A stretch of DNA of 64,000 nt from Nitrospiraceae bacterium (GCA_050246315.1 JBFWWG010000014.1:30911-94910); one strand, 5' to 3'; shown: positions 49,965 through 62,732, counted from the first letter of the stretch. Numbers and translations: made by a program. The notes: generated by a model not told the origin, from the sequence alone.

Positions 49965-50500
49965 GTGGGTTTTTTCCGCGGCCGAGGCCGGCGCAGGGGT
50001 TTCGATTGTCCCTTGACTCCGGCGGCAGCATCTCCGGCGCGCAACTGCTTCATCACGTGAGCCATTTCAATGGCGGTCTTGGCCGCCTCCGCGCCCCGGT
50101 TGTATTTTTGCGGATCGGCTCGCTCAATCGCCTGCGCGACGGTCTCGGTGGTGAGCAGACCGAACACAACCGGCACCTCGGAATCCAACGATGCCTGCGC
50201 AATCCCCCGGCTGGCTTCCGCGCTGATATGTTCGAAATGCGGAGTATCCCCGCGGATCACCGCCCCCAGGCATATCACCGCATCGAAGCGGCCCGATCGC
50301 GCCATGGTCCGGGCGACCAAGGGAATTTCAAACGCGCCCGGCACCCGCACCACCTCGATCTCGTCCTCGCCGGCTCCGGCCTTGATGAGCGTCTCCATCG
50401 CGCTGCTCAGGAGCCGGCTCGTCACAAACTTGTTGAACCGGCTGACCACGATGCCGAACCGCAGTCCCGACGCGTCCGAGGAGCCTTTGATCGCCTTCAT
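49961..50500 (-). CDS. ribH: 6,7-dimethyl-8-ribityllumazine synthase
   Basis: [15 protein letters not shown] and [12 protein letters not shown] motifs. Confidence 0.96.
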   Translation of the reverse strand: MKAIKGSSDASGLRFGIVVSRFNKFVTSRLLSSAMETLIKAGAGEDEIEVVRVPGAFEIPLVARTMARSGRFDAVICLGAVIRGDTPHFEHISAEASRGIAQASLDSEVPVVFGLLTTETVAQAIERADPQKYNRGAEAAKTAIEMAHVMKQLRAGDAAAGVKGQSKPLRRPRPRKKPT

Positions 50501-50530
50501 AGGTTCATGGATTGACTGTGCTGAATCGGC

Positions 50531-51739
50531 TCACACCTTCCGGAGCAGGTGCCCTAATTTCGTTTTCTTGGTCTTGAGATATTTGACGTTCGCGTCCCGC
50601 GGCGCGATCTCGATGGGCACCCGCTCTACCACGCGCAACCCGTACCCTTCGATCCCGACGATTTTGCGAGGGTTGTTGGTAATGAGCTTGATCTGATGCA
50701 GGCCCAAATCAGCCAGGATCTGCGCCCCCACGCCATAATCGCGGAGATCGGCCTTGAAGCCCAGTTTCAAGTTCGCCTCCACCGTGTCGCTGCCCTGGTC
50801 CTGCAAGCCATAGGCGCGGATCTTGTTGAGGAGGCCGATGCCTCGTCCTTCCTGGTTGAGATAGAGCAACACGCCCCGGCCTTCCTTTTGAATGATCTCC
50901 ATCGCGCGATGGAGCTGATCCCGGCAGTCGCAACGGAGCGAACCCAGCGCATCGGCAGTGAGACAACCCGAGTGCACGCGCACGAGCGTCGGTTCGCCGC
51001 TATCCACCCGGCCCTTGACCAACGCAATGTGCGTCGCCCCGTCGATCTCGTTCTCGAACGCCACGGCCTCGAACTCCCCGAAGGTCGTCGGCAGATGGGC
51101 GCCGGCGATCCGCTTGATGAAGGTCTCGCGCCTCATGCGATATTCGATGAGTGCTTTGATCGAGATGATCTTCAGCTTGTGGCCCCGCGCAAACTTCATC
51201 AGCTCCGACACCCGCGCCATCGTCCCGTCCTCATTCATAATCTCGCAGATGACACCGGCCGGATAGAGCCCGGCCAGCCGCGCGAGATCGACGGAGCCTT
51301 CGGTCTGACCTGCGCGCTTCAACACCCCGCCCTTTTGCGCCTTCAGCGGAAAAATATGTCCGGGTCTCGCCAGGTCGGATGGTTTGGACTGTTGGTCGAT
51401 CGCCACATGGATCGTTGTCGCGCGATCTGCGGCGGAAATGCCGGTCGTCACGCCCCGGCGCGCATCGATCGAGACCGTGAAGGCCGTGCCGAACGAGGCC
51501 GTGTTTTCCACCGCCTGCTGAGGCAGTTGCAGCTCCTCCACCCGCTCCGGAGTCAGCGCCAGGCAGATCAGCCCACGGGCATGTTTGGCCATGAAGTTCA
51601 CGGCCTGTGGGGTGATCTTCTCCGCCGCGATCACCAGATCGCCCTCGTTCTCGCGATCCTCGTCGTCGACCAAGATAATGAATCGCCCTTTCTTGATATC
51701 TCTGACGGCGTCCTCGATCCGGTCGAATTTCGCGTTCAT
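50531..51739 (-). CDS. ribBA: Bifunctional DHBP synthase/GTP cyclohydrolase II
   Basis: [18 protein letters not shown]...SLRCDC and QEGRGIGL motifs. Confidence 0.97.
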   Translation of the reverse strand: MNAKFDRIEDAVRDIKKGRFIILVDDEDRENEGDLVIAAEKITPQAVNFMAKHARGLICLALTPERVEELQLPQQAVENTASFGTAFTVSIDARRGVTTGISAADRATTIHVAIDQQSKPSDLARPGHIFPLKAQKGGVLKRAGQTEGSVDLARLAGLYPAGVICEIMNEDGTMARVSELMKFARGHKLKIISIKALIEYRMRRETFIKRIAGAHLPTTFGEFEAVAFENEIDGATHIALVKGRVDSGEPTLVRVHSGCLTADALGSLRCDCRDQLHRAMEIIQKEGRGVLLYLNQEGRGIGLLNKIRAYGLQDQGSDTVEANLKLGFKADLRDYGVGAQILADLGLHQIKLITNNPRKIVGIEGYGLRVVERVPIEIAPRDANVKYLKTKKTKLGHLLRKV

Positions 51740-51900
51740 GGCCTGTCACACGCTCCCGGCTTCGCCGAAATCCACATCATCACGTGACGGCGTCACTCTT
51801 AAAGGGTTGCCCGCCGGGAGTCAATGGAGAACCGTACCGCCGCCGTAACCATCTCTCCCATCGCGACCATGCTACTCATCCCGCCTACGCCACTCACGGC

Positions 51901-53157
51901 TCACGTGACCGGTAGATCGCCCGCATACCGAGGCTGTTCCCTCAAGTGTCTGGCCCCGAGCAGGCCACAGCCGGCGCAGGCAGCAAACAGCCAGAAGCCG
52001 AACGAGAAGGTACCGGTCACGTCCTTAAGCCAGCCCAAACCGAGTGGGAGAAGAAAGCCACCCAGGCCGCCAGCAGCCCCGACCACCCCGGACACCATTC
52101 CCATCTGTTTGGCAAATCGGCCCGAAGCCACTTGAAACACCACGCCGTTTCCAAATCCCATCACCGCTACGGCCGAGAGGATCAACCCCACGGCCCAGGG
52201 GAGGGCCGGCAAGCCTCCGATGAAGGCGAGCAACAGGGTGATGGCTCCCAGCACAGTCGGCAGCACTGTCAGACCGCCGACCCGGTCAGCGACATACCCG
52301 CCCAACGGACGGATCAGGCTGCCGACCAGCCCGCAGAGGGCGGTCAGCGACCCGGCCGCAACCACGCCCAATCCATAGTGATCGTGCAGGAAGAACGGGA
52401 GCGAACTGCAGAGCCCGACGAACCCGCCGAACGTGATCGCGTACAGGCCGCAGAGCCAAACAATGAGTCGCTCTCGCCCGACATCTGTCAGAGCCGGTCG
52501 CCACGAGATTGCTCCCGTCCGTCCCAGCCACCGGTCACCCTGCACCAGACCGGCGAATAACACTGTCGTCGCCAGCACCGGACAGGCCATCACGCCGAAC
52601 GCCCCTTGCCATCCGGTTGACTCCGCGATGCGCGGTGCAAACCACATCGCCAGGACGGTCCCGCTGTTGGCCGACGCCGCAATCCCCATAGCCAACCCCT
52701 GGTGGGCAGGTGGATAGACACGGCTGGCCAGAGGAAGTGCCACCGCAAAGCTGGCACCGGCGACTCCGAGCAGCAACCCGATCACGAGCAGGTGGTGATA
52801 GGTCGACGCACCAAGCCAGGCCCAGCCCAGGCCGACCAGCTCGCAGAGCAGAATGGCCAATCCCGTGCGTTTGGCTCCGATACGGTCGCTGCTGATCCCC
52901 GCCGGAATTCGGAGGAGCGCTCCACTGAGCAGGGGCACCGCTACGAGCAGGCCCTTTTGCGTGGCGCTCAATCCCAGCTCGGATGCGATCGCAACGCTCA
53001 GGGCTCCAACCAGCAGCCAGACCATGAAGCTGACCTCGAAGTGCAGCCAAGCCCCGAGGAGCGTGGGCCAATGGCCTGACCGAAATGCCCGTACGATCTG
53101 CGACAGCGTCCCCCACCGTCCTACCCTGCTGCCGCTCGTCCGCATGCAGTCAACCAT
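51901..53157 (-). CDS. NarK/NasA-family nitrate/nitrite MFS transporter
   Basis: LLGVAGASFAVA, TFGGFVG, RPLGGYVADR, GFGNG.VFQ and GAAGGLGGF motifs. Confidence 0.88.
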   Translation of the reverse strand: MVDCMRTSGSRVGRWGTLSQIVRAFRSGHWPTLLGAWLHFEVSFMVWLLVGALSVAIASELGLSATQKGLLVAVPLLSGALLRIPAGISSDRIGAKRTGLAILLCELVGLGWAWLGASTYHHLLVIGLLLGVAGASFAVALPLASRVYPPAHQGLAMGIAASANSGTVLAMWFAPRIAESTGWQGAFGVMACPVLATTVLFAGLVQGDRWLGRTGAISWRPALTDVGRERLIVWLCGLYAITFGGFVGLCSSLPFFLHDHYGLGVVAAGSLTALCGLVGSLIRPLGGYVADRVGGLTVLPTVLGAITLLLAFIGGLPALPWAVGLILSAVAVMGFGNGVVFQVASGRFAKQMGMVSGVVGAAGGLGGFLLPLGLGWLKDVTGTFSFGFWLFAACAGCGLLGARHLREQPRYAGDLPVT

Positions 53158-53275
53158 CCTCAGACACCCCTTCGCTCCATATCGTCACCACTATAGGGGA
53201 CCGCTCGGGCTCGCAGCAAGCTGCGGGCGGTACGAGCGCGAGAACGAGTGACGCAGGCATACGGCCAAATCGGAT

Positions 53276-53305
53276 TTGGTCCCGCCCGGCCGTTCTGTTT
53301 ATAAT
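53276..53305 (+). promoter_or_regulatory. Possible sigma70 promoter for rpoH
   Basis: Perfect TATAAT at 53300-53305 with a weak TTGGTC 18 bp upstream. Confidence 0.35.
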
Positions 53306-53396
53306 GAGCTTCTCAATCGACCGGCACTCAGCCTTGCAGATCAGACGTCCTATCGCGCATGCCTACTCGATCGTCAGCAACGATGGCCCCAGACTC

Positions 53397-54401
53397 ATGA
53401 ACGATCCGGATCTCCCCTTGCAGGACTCCCCCGAAACGGTGGACGAGGCGGACGAGCCGACCGAGGCGGACCTGGCGGAATCACCGATTCCCGACGAGAC
53501 CCGGCCGGCCGCCGAGGACACGCTCGAACCGGCCCGTGAGAGCGACACCTCGCTCGCGCCGGTGTCCTCGCTTCAGTTGTACCTGACCGAGGTGCGGAGA
53601 TATCCGTACCTCTCCAAGGAAGAAGAGCTGGAGCTCTTCCATCAATATCGGGTGCTCGGCAGCCGGGATGCCGCCGTCAGGCTCATCCTGGCGAATTTGC
53701 GCGTGTCCGTCGCCGTGGCCTCCGAATATTTTCACACCGGTTTCGACCAGATGGACCTGATTCAGGAGGGGAACGTCGGCCTCATGCAGGCGATCAAGAA
53801 ATTCGACGTGACCAAGAATGTGCGGTTCCATGCCTACGCCGCTTGGTGGGCCAGGGCCTATATCCTTCGCTATCTGCTCAATAACTTCCGCCTCGTCAAG
53901 ATCGGAACGACGCAGGATCAACGGAAGTTGTTTTACAACCTGAGAAAGGAAAAGGCGAAACTGGAACGGGAAGGCTATGCTCCGGACACCAAGCTCCTGG
54001 CGGATCGGCTCCAGGTCCGTGAGCGGGATGTGATCGAGATGGATCAACGGCTCGGCAACTGGGAATTGTCATTGGACCAGCCGCTCAGCGAGGACTCGGA
54101 CGGCACCCTCTTGGACATCCTCCCGGCCGCCGAGGCCGGCCACGACGAACGGTTCGCCCAGGAGGAACTGCGGTCTCTCTTCCGGAAGAAGTTGGCCGAG
54201 TTTACGAAAACCCTCGATGAGCGCGAAGAGGATATCCTCCGCAACCGTCTCCTCTCGGAGACCCCCGTCACGCTTGAGGATCTCGGACGGAAGTACGACA
54301 TTACCAAGGAGCGGACCAGACAATTGGAAGCACGCATCATCAAACGGCTCCGCGAGTACCTGAAAAAGGAGGTCAAAGACTTCGAGTTCCTGCGTTCGTA
54401 A
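53397..54401 (+). CDS. rpoH: RNA polymerase sigma-32 factor
   Basis: DLIQEGNVGLMQA, RpoH box VKIGTTQDQRKLFYNLR, ITKERTRQLE. Confidence 0.88.
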   Translation: MNDPDLPLQDSPETVDEADEPTEADLAESPIPDETRPAAEDTLEPARESDTSLAPVSSLQLYLTEVRRYPYLSKEEELELFHQYRVLGSRDAAVRLILANLRVSVAVASEYFHTGFDQMDLIQEGNVGLMQAIKKFDVTKNVRFHAYAAWWARAYILRYLLNNFRLVKIGTTQDQRKLFYNLRKEKAKLEREGYAPDTKLLADRLQVRERDVIEMDQRLGNWELSLDQPLSEDSDGTLLDILPAAEAGHDERFAQEELRSLFRKKLAEFTKTLDEREEDILRNRLLSETPVTLEDLGRKYDITKERTRQLEARIIKRLREYLKKEVKDFEFLRS

Positions 54402-54496
54402 CCAAGCCAAGTACAGATTTTTCTGACTATCTTTCGCGATGTTACGACTCTAGCCAGTGGGAACCACCCAATCAAAAAGATTTTTCCCCCTCGCCC

Positions 54497-54525
54497 CTTG
54501 ACTCAACCGGCTTCATCACTATCTA
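54497..54525 (+). promoter_or_regulatory. Possible groESL promoter
   Basis: CTTGACT...TACTCT about 120 bp upstream of groES; sigma factor uncertain. Confidence 0.35.
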
Positions 54526-54643
54526 TAGGGGCGATCCCGAGAGACAGGGATCTACCCGGTTCGGCGTCATCGACGATCAACTCACAGGTTTCGCTCAACC
54601 GTCCACATCACAGCAGGCTCTGACCCTAACAGGAGGTTTTGGC

Positions 54644-54958
54644 ATGGCTACGGAGACGAAGGAGAAGAAGGAAGAGAAGACCGGAAGCGCCTACAAGAAT
54701 TTCCAGCCTCTCGGCGATCGCGTGTTCATCACCTACACGGAGGAAATGGAACGGACGGCCGGCGGAATCTATGTGCCGGAAACGGCCAAGGAAAAGCCTC
54801 AGCGCGGGGCCGTGCAGGCGATCGGCGACAAAGTCGAGAAGTTGAAAGTCGGCGACCAGGTGCTCTTCGACAAATACTCCGGCACGAAGCTCAAGATCGA
54901 CGATACGGACTGCCTGATCCTCAAGGAAGAGGATGTGTTGGGCAAATTCACGAAGTAA
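54644..54958 (+). CDS. groES: Co-chaperonin GroES
   Basis: FQPLGDRV, TAGGIYVPETAKEKP and ILKEEDVLG motifs; AGGAGG RBS. Confidence 0.95.
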   Translation: MATETKEKKEEKTGSAYKNFQPLGDRVFITYTEEMERTAGGIYVPETAKEKPQRGAVQAIGDKVEKLKVGDQVLFDKYSGTKLKIDDTDCLILKEEDVLGKFTK

Positions 54959-55011
54959 CCACTCTGACCAGGTTTTCATCACACGCACACCACTTGTTGA
55001 CGACGATTTAA

Positions 55012-56658
<1,647 letters not shown>

Positions 56659-56687
56659 GCCGTACGAACAGCGCAGCGGCAGTGTCT

Positions 56688-56731
56688 GCACGGGCCGGGC
56701 GGGGAACATCCCCGCCCGGCCCGTGCGTTTT
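56688..56731 (+). terminator. Rho-independent terminator after groEL
   Basis: gcacgggccgggcgggga-aca-tccccgcccggcccgtgc followed by gtttt. Confidence 0.85.
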
Positions 56732-56790
56732 GATGGTGCGGCCATTGTGGATCTCACCGCCATCACACACGAAGGGGGCACCCTCATCGG

Positions 56791-58512
56791 TCAGTTGTGG
56801 CCCGTGGCCACCCGTTTCAAAACTCGACGCAACGTCGAAGATTGTTCCGGGTTCACAAAGAACATGCGGAATAATCCGTTCACATAGTCCGTATGACTTC
56901 GATGGTCGGCGAGGAAGCGCGCCATCGCCTCGCACCGATTCGCGGCATCATACCCGAGCCGAACGGCACAGCGAGTCAGCTCCTGTGTGTCTTCGGAGAG
57001 CGCGTGAGTTTGCAGGTCATGCACCATCTGAAGCTTATGTTCCACATCGCGCAGAAACACATAGGCGCTGGAGAGCGCCTTGACTTCGCCTCGCGCCAGC
57101 AGCCCAGCCTCTTGAAAGCGTTCCAAGGATGCCTCCGTGCCTCGCTGCCAGATTGTCGGGATTTGCCGCGCCCCGAGCAATTGAATGCTCTGGACCAGGA
57201 ACTCGATCTCGCGAATGCCGCCGGTCCCAAGCTTGACGTTGCGTGATCCCTGCCCGCGCTTCGCAACCTTCCGGTCGATCATCTCTTTCACCCCCCGGAC
57301 CTCCAGCAGGAGGCGGCGGCTATCGCTCTTGGTCGGATGTCCGTGACCGAGGATGAACGGCCTCATGCGCCGAAGGAACGCCCGCCCCACCTGCTGGTCG
57401 CCGGCCACCGGTGCCGCTTTCAGGAGCGCCATTCGTTCCCACGTTTGGCCGCGGGTCGCATAATACTGCTCGTAACTCCGCAGCGAGCGACACAACTGCC
57501 CCACCGTGCCCTCCGCCCGTAGGCGCAGATCCACCCGGAAGACGGTCCCCTCCGCGGTCACGTCGGTCAACGCATGGGTCAATTCCCTGGCAAGATGTTC
57601 AAAATATTCCTCATTGGTGATGCCGCGCGTTGTTGGTGATGCCCGCTGCCCTTGGTCCTCCGGACCGGTGGTGAGACCATCGTCCGAATAGACGTAGATG
57701 AGATCCACGTCCGAGCTGTAGTTGAGCTCCCGCCCTCCCAACTTGCCCATGCCGATCACGACGAACCCGCTGTCTACCCAGACACCACGGCGATTCCGTT
57801 GCTGTGGGCGGCCATAGACCTGCCGTAGATCCGCCACCACGATCCCATAGGCCGCGTGAATCAGCACGGAGGCCAGGTCTGAGAGGACGGTCGTCGTCTC
57901 CGGCACGGAAGCCAATCGCAGGAGATCGCGCATCCCGATCCGTAGCATCTCCCGCCTCTTGAATCGGCGCAGGGCATCGAGTTGCAGTTCCTTGACCGTG
58001 ACATTCCCGAGCATGGCATCAAGGGCCGTACGCAACGAGTGCCTCGTCGGGGCCTGATCCAGCACTCCCGGGCTGGACAACCAATACACGAGGGTCGGAT
58101 CGCGAATCAGCGTATCCGCCATTGCCGGACTGTTTCCGAAGATCACGCAGAGGTAATGGAGCAGCCGCGGCGATCCGCGCAAATAGTCATACAACGTACC
58201 TCGGTTGAGAGTCGCCTGTACGTAGCGGTCCCAGTGGACCAGAGCGCGGTCTGGATCGGCGGTGTCGGCAATACCGGCCAGCAGATCGGACAGGATGGCT
58301 CCCAATTTTTGGCGGGTCAGCGGGTCGCCCGCCAGCGATTGAATATTGGCATCCGCCTCCCGCCAGTCGGTCACACCGTAAGGACGAAGCAGCCGTTCGA
58401 CCTCCTGCGGATCGAGCCCGGCGGCAAAGAGCAACGGCGTCGGGTCCGGCCGGTTGTGCTGCGTTGGGGCGGACACAGGCGCGCGAACGAGGGATCGATG
58501 TTTACTTCGCAT
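56791..58512 (-). CDS. glnE: Single-repeat GlnE-like glutamine synthetase adenylyltransferase half
   Basis: GMGKLGGRELNYSSDVDL, RVDLRLRAEG, WERMALLK and NVKLGTGGIREIEF motifs. Confidence 0.85.
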   Translation of the reverse strand: MRSKHRSLVRAPVSAPTQHNRPDPTPLLFAAGLDPQEVERLLRPYGVTDWREADANIQSLAGDPLTRQKLGAILSDLLAGIADTADPDRALVHWDRYVQATLNRGTLYDYLRGSPRLLHYLCVIFGNSPAMADTLIRDPTLVYWLSSPGVLDQAPTRHSLRTALDAMLGNVTVKELQLDALRRFKRREMLRIGMRDLLRLASVPETTTVLSDLASVLIHAAYGIVVADLRQVYGRPQQRNRRGVWVDSGFVVIGMGKLGGRELNYSSDVDLIYVYSDDGLTTGPEDQGQRASPTTRGITNEEYFEHLARELTHALTDVTAEGTVFRVDLRLRAEGTVGQLCRSLRSYEQYYATRGQTWERMALLKAAPVAGDQQVGRAFLRRMRPFILGHGHPTKSDSRRLLLEVRGVKEMIDRKVAKRGQGSRNVKLGTGGIREIEFLVQSIQLLGARQIPTIWQRGTEASLERFQEAGLLARGEVKALSSAYVFLRDVEHKLQMVHDLQTHALSEDTQELTRCAVRLGYDAANRCEAMARFLADHRSHTDYVNGLFRMFFVNPEQSSTLRRVLKRVATGHN

Positions 58513-58589
58513 CGGGATGGATTATACTGGCAGGACTCCTCAAGGACAATGAACCCTGAATCCACCAGTGTGACCGCACTCCCGAAAAC

Positions 58590-60878
58590 ATGAGACAGGC
58601 GACTGCATCTGAGGGCAGCCGTTCAGAGATGATCGAGCGCCTTCAATCCCGTTGTCCGCAGATCGATACTGCGGTCATCCGCGACTTCATCATGCGGATG
58701 GACGAGGACTATCTCCGGCAGCAACCGATCAACATGGTGGCGACACACCTCACGCTTGCCGATCGCCTGACGCCGCTGGAGCCCTGCCACGCGCAGATCT
58801 CGCCCGACGCGGATGGCCTGCTCGCCATCTCGATTGTCGCCTACGATTACTTTTCGGAGTTTGCCGCCATCTGCGGCCTGCTCTCCGCCTTTGGGTTGGA
58901 CATCCGCGAAGGGCTGATTTACACGTTTGAGGAGGCCGCTGAATCCCCAGTCCCGCCGGTGCGCCGCAGGGTCGGAGGCCACCGCCCGACTCGGCCAGGG
59001 CTGAGCCGCAAGAAAATCGTTGACCTTTTCCGCGTCCGGCCGCTCGACTGCGTCAGCTTCGGGCCGCAGGAGCAACAACACCTGATCGAAGAATTGGGCG
59101 TCCTGATCCGCTTGTTGGACGAATCCCGCCTTGAGGAAGTCCGGCGTCGGGTGAACCGTCGTCTGGTAGAAATGCTTAGCCGCCGCCGAGGGGCCTTCAC
59201 GCCGCTGCTTGAGCCGGTGGAGATCCGATTCGATAACCAGACCTCCGCGACCGACACGATCATGGTCATACAATCGACCGACACGCCGGCCTTTCTTTAT
59301 GCCCTGGCGAACGCGCTGGCCATGCGGAACATTTACATCCACAAGGCGCGTGTCGAGAATCGCGGGCTGCTCGTCCATGACGAGTTTCACGTACGCAACC
59401 GGCAAGGTCAGAAGCTCTCGGACCAGGCGGAACAGCAGGAACTCCAGCTCACCGCCACCTTGATCAAGCAGTTCACCCACGCCCTGACCTTCGCTCCGGA
59501 CCCGGCTAAAGCCATTACACATTTCGATCTCTTTCTCGACGAACTGTTGGACACGGAAGGCGGCATGCGCGCAGGGAGCAGACGACGGGCCGGGCGTTCC
59601 CGGATCATCCAGAAGAAGACCTTGCCGCTCCTCGCCCAACTGCTCGGGGCCAGCGATTTTCTCTGGGAGGATTTTCTGCGCCGCCAGCACGCGAACCTGC
59701 TGCCGATGCTCGAAGACTACCAATCGCTCCCTATGCGAGTGTCGAAAGCCACGCTGGCGCAATCGCTGAAGAGACGTCTGTCTCGCTGCCGCACCGAGCT
59801 GCAATGCCGGCAGGCATTGAATCGCTTCAAGGATCAGGAACTCTTTCGGATAGACTTGAAGCACCTGCTGGAAAGCGATTCCGGATTGCCGGAGTTCTCC
59901 CTGGCCCTGACCGAGTTGGCCGAGGTGATCCTGGCCCAGGCGATGGAGAACTGCCTCAAGAAACTCACCAGGCTCTTCGGCGCCCCCCGCCTGGCCGGCG
60001 GAGGCCCTTGTCCGGCCGTGCTGCTCGGCGCGGGCAAACTCGGAGGGCGCGAGTTGGGGTACGCCTCCGATATCGAGATCATGCTGGTCTATGAGGGGTC
60101 CGGCCGCACGGCCGGCTCCTCCAAAATGGCCAACAGCGAGTTTTTTGAGCGGCTGGGCCAGGAACTCTTGCAATGGATTGAGGCGAAACAGGAAGGCATC
60201 TTCCGTGTCGATGTTCGCTTGCGGCCGCACGGGACCAAGGGCTCACTCGCCAATACGCTGGACGAGTTCAGGCAGTATTACAGCGCCAAAGGATCGGCCG
60301 CGCCCTTCGAACGACAGGCCTTGATCAAGTTACGCGTCATCGCCGGAGATGAAGAGCTTGGCCGGCAGGTCGAGCGTCACCGCGACCGTTTCGTCTACAG
60401 CGGCGCACCTTGGGATCTGGCGATCGCGCTCGATCTCCGGCAGCGGCAAGTGACGGAGTTGATCGAGCCGGGACGGTTCAACGTGAAGTACAGTCGCGGG
60501 GGGCTCATCGATATCGAATATGCCATCCAATACCTGCAACTCATGCACGGACATCAACATGCGACGCTTCGCACGCCCAATACGTTGACTGCGCTCGGCG
60601 CGCTCGTCTCCTGTGACATCCTGCCGGCCGAGGTCGCGGAACAGCTCCGCGAGGCCTATCTCTTCTTTCGCCGGCTGATCGATGGCTTGCGTATGGTCCG
60701 GGGCAACACCAGGGATCTCTTACTCCCGCCGACGGACTCGGACGATTTCGTTTTTCTTGCGAGACGAATCGGTTACGGGCGCGAGGACTGGGCCGCCGGG
60801 GCGCGCCAGTTCCAGGCCGATCTCGCCCGCCATTCGGCAACCGCCCGCGGCTTCTTTGATCGGTCGTTCGGGGCGTGA
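58590..60878 (+). CDS. ACT-like domains plus single GlnE-like adenylyltransferase repeat
   Basis: GlnD-ACT-like segments (IVAYDYFSEFAAICGLLSAFGLDI; IQSTDTPAFLYALANAL), then GKLGGRELGYASDIE, VDVRLRPHG and FERQALIK. Confidence 0.82.
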   Translation: MRQATASEGSRSEMIERLQSRCPQIDTAVIRDFIMRMDEDYLRQQPINMVATHLTLADRLTPLEPCHAQISPDADGLLAISIVAYDYFSEFAAICGLLSAFGLDIREGLIYTFEEAAESPVPPVRRRVGGHRPTRPGLSRKKIVDLFRVRPLDCVSFGPQEQQHLIEELGVLIRLLDESRLEEVRRRVNRRLVEMLSRRRGAFTPLLEPVEIRFDNQTSATDTIMVIQSTDTPAFLYALANALAMRNIYIHKARVENRGLLVHDEFHVRNRQGQKLSDQAEQQELQLTATLIKQFTHALTFAPDPAKAITHFDLFLDELLDTEGGMRAGSRRRAGRSRIIQKKTLPLLAQLLGASDFLWEDFLRRQHANLLPMLEDYQSLPMRVSKATLAQSLKRRLSRCRTELQCRQALNRFKDQELFRIDLKHLLESDSGLPEFSLALTELAEVILAQAMENCLKKLTRLFGAPRLAGGGPCPAVLLGAGKLGGRELGYASDIEIMLVYEGSGRTAGSSKMANSEFFERLGQELLQWIEAKQEGIFRVDVRLRPHGTKGSLANTLDEFRQYYSAKGSAAPFERQALIKLRVIAGDEELGRQVERHRDRFVYSGAPWDLAIALDLRQRQVTELIEPGRFNVKYSRGGLIDIEYAIQYLQLMHGHQHATLRTPNTLTALGALVSCDILPAEVAEQLREAYLFFRRLIDGLRMVRGNTRDLLLPPTDSDDFVFLARRIGYGREDWAAGARQFQADLARHSATARGFFDRSFGA

Positions 60879-61052
60879 GGCAAAGGAGCATCCAGATGCT
60901 GGATGCCAAATTCACCTATTTCAGACACTCCTCATTGCCATTACCCACTCAGGAAACCAGCCTGTCCCCAGTTCACCGAGGAGTAGAGCGCGCGCCTTCG
61001 TAAGAACAATGAAGGATAGTCTCGTATCAGGTGAGACTTCGCAACCAGCACG

Positions 61053-62732
61053 TCAGACGATGAGTAGGAAAATCAGTGAGAGTACGGTAACTGTGGCACT
61101 CAAGACCACCGTCAGCCAGGCGGCAAGACAGGCGGTAGCTACCTTGAAATATAGGTAACCGAGCACCCCAACGATAATGAGCAGAATGACCCTGAACACC
61201 CACAACAGTTTCGAAATCGGAAGCGCAGTTCCTGCCGCTGGCTCTGCCGAGAGGGCCGGATCCTTATCGGAGGGCAACAAGAACTTGGCGATCTCCTCGT
61301 GATAACGCGCATTGAGGGCGACCGAATGGCCACCGGCTCGCCAATTGTTTATCAGGAACGTGACGTTGCTTGAATTCACAAATGAACCTTTAAAGCCGTA
61401 AACTCCGCTTGTCCCCAATCGCCGCCAGTAAACCATCCGTAGGAACCAGCAAATGGCTCCGACCGGCCAGTCCTGCGTGGCGCATTCGTTGCGGACTCTT
61501 GTCTTCTCACTCCTCTCTCCAAGTAGCCTCGACCAATTAAATTTCCGATAGAGCACACTGCCGGCAAGTAGTATACGTGATATCTCGACAGCCTGGTTCT
61601 GTTCCATGGCACAGGTCAGTGCGAAGGTTCCATTGCTATGGGCCACCACAGAAAACCTTGCCTCCGGCTTGCGTGCGTAACACTGGACGTACCGGTCGAG
61701 AAACGCTCTCGCACACCGGCGCCGAGCCAGTGGAATCAAGAATTGGAGCGCAGAAAAATAGCCGTAGCTGATAGGTTCCACTTCGACGGTTTGCAGATTG
61801 CCGTACGCCACCTTCCTAATGGTCTCCGCCAAATCTTCGTGCCATTCCGCAAAATCGCGAATCCCATGGATAAGAAACACGACGTGATGAGGCTGAGAAT
61901 GAGACGGTTCGGGGGTCGCCTTCCCGGCATCTATCGCTTCTCTTGCTGCGGTAATTGTTTTTTCCAGCGGAGTCGAGACGGCTGCCAGATTGTTCCTATT
62001 CAGGAGCGCCAGGTCTTTATGTCCCACGCCGGTAATAACGAGTTCTGCAGACTTAGGAGAGAGGGTCACGTCAAGACTATCATGCGGTCCGACAAGAGAA
62101 TCCTTCGTCCCTCGAATCTGCACAGTGAAGGGAACTGTATCCCTGCGCTTGATCCAGGTCATCCTTAGCACGGTCACCCAATTGGAACCACGAAGTCCCT
62201 TTAATGCAAGTTGCCCCATAGCCCATGGAGAGGGAAGAAACTGGAACAGACGGGCGACCGCAGCAGCACTCTTCCACAAGACATTGTATGGGAGGAATCC
62301 GCGATTCGCCCCGCCAAGTAAAATGGCCCCATTGACGCGCCTGTGCCAACGTGCCTTCTCTTCTTTCTCCATATCGTTCAAGATCGCTCGACGGAGTAGA
62401 AGGGCCCCATAGCTATGGCCGACAAGATACAGGCAGGGGACGCTCTTGTTCTCGACCGCTCGAGCAATAGTGGACTCAAGATCCGCCGCAAGCACATCAG
62501 GATCTTGTCCTGACCAATAGGATCCCCAATACTTATAGCTCACCAGGTCACAACCGGGGATGCATTTTTTGAGAAGTTCTTCCATCGGTCCATAATCCGA
62601 TACCCATGGAACCGGGTGGAGCCCATGGACAAAGACAATCAATCCAGTAGTCGATGTGGATTCTGAATCAGAAGTGGCCACAGCCTGCCTCTCGTTTGGA
62701 AGCTTATAATGGACATCGCCGATGCATTTCAA
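61053..62732 (-). CDS. Tandem alpha/beta hydrolase domains with C-terminal TM helices
   Basis: VFVHGL...LVGHSYG and FLIHGI...VAHSNG; low GC. Confidence 0.75.
   Translation of the reverse strand: MKCIGDVHYKLPNERQAVATSDSESTSTTGLIVFVHGLHPVPWVSDYGPMEELLKKCIPGCDLVSYKYWGSYWSGQDPDVLAADLESTIARAVENKSVPCLYLVGHSYGALLLRRAILNDMEKEEKARWHRRVNGAILLGGANRGFLPYNVLWKSAAAVARLFQFLPSPWAMGQLALKGLRGSNWVTVLRMTWIKRRDTVPFTVQIRGTKDSLVGPHDSLDVTLSPKSAELVITGVGHKDLALLNRNNLAAVSTPLEKTITAAREAIDAGKATPEPSHSQPHHVVFLIHGIRDFAEWHEDLAETIRKVAYGNLQTVEVEPISYGYFSALQFLIPLARRRCARAFLDRYVQCYARKPEARFSVVAHSNGTFALTCAMEQNQAVEISRILLAGSVLYRKFNWSRLLGERSEKTRVRNECATQDWPVGAICWFLRMVYWRRLGTSGVYGFKGSFVNSSNVTFLINNWRAGGHSVALNARYHEEIAKFLLPSDKDPALSAEPAAGTALPISKLLWVFRVILLIIVGVLGYLYFKVATACLAAWLTVVLSATVTVLSLIFLLIV

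Noticed and set aside
51740..51900. FMN riboswitch upstream of ribBA
   Set aside because: No RFN consensus segments recognised.
54402..54643. CIRCE operator before groES
   Set aside because: No TTAGCACTC-N9-GAGTGCTAA present.
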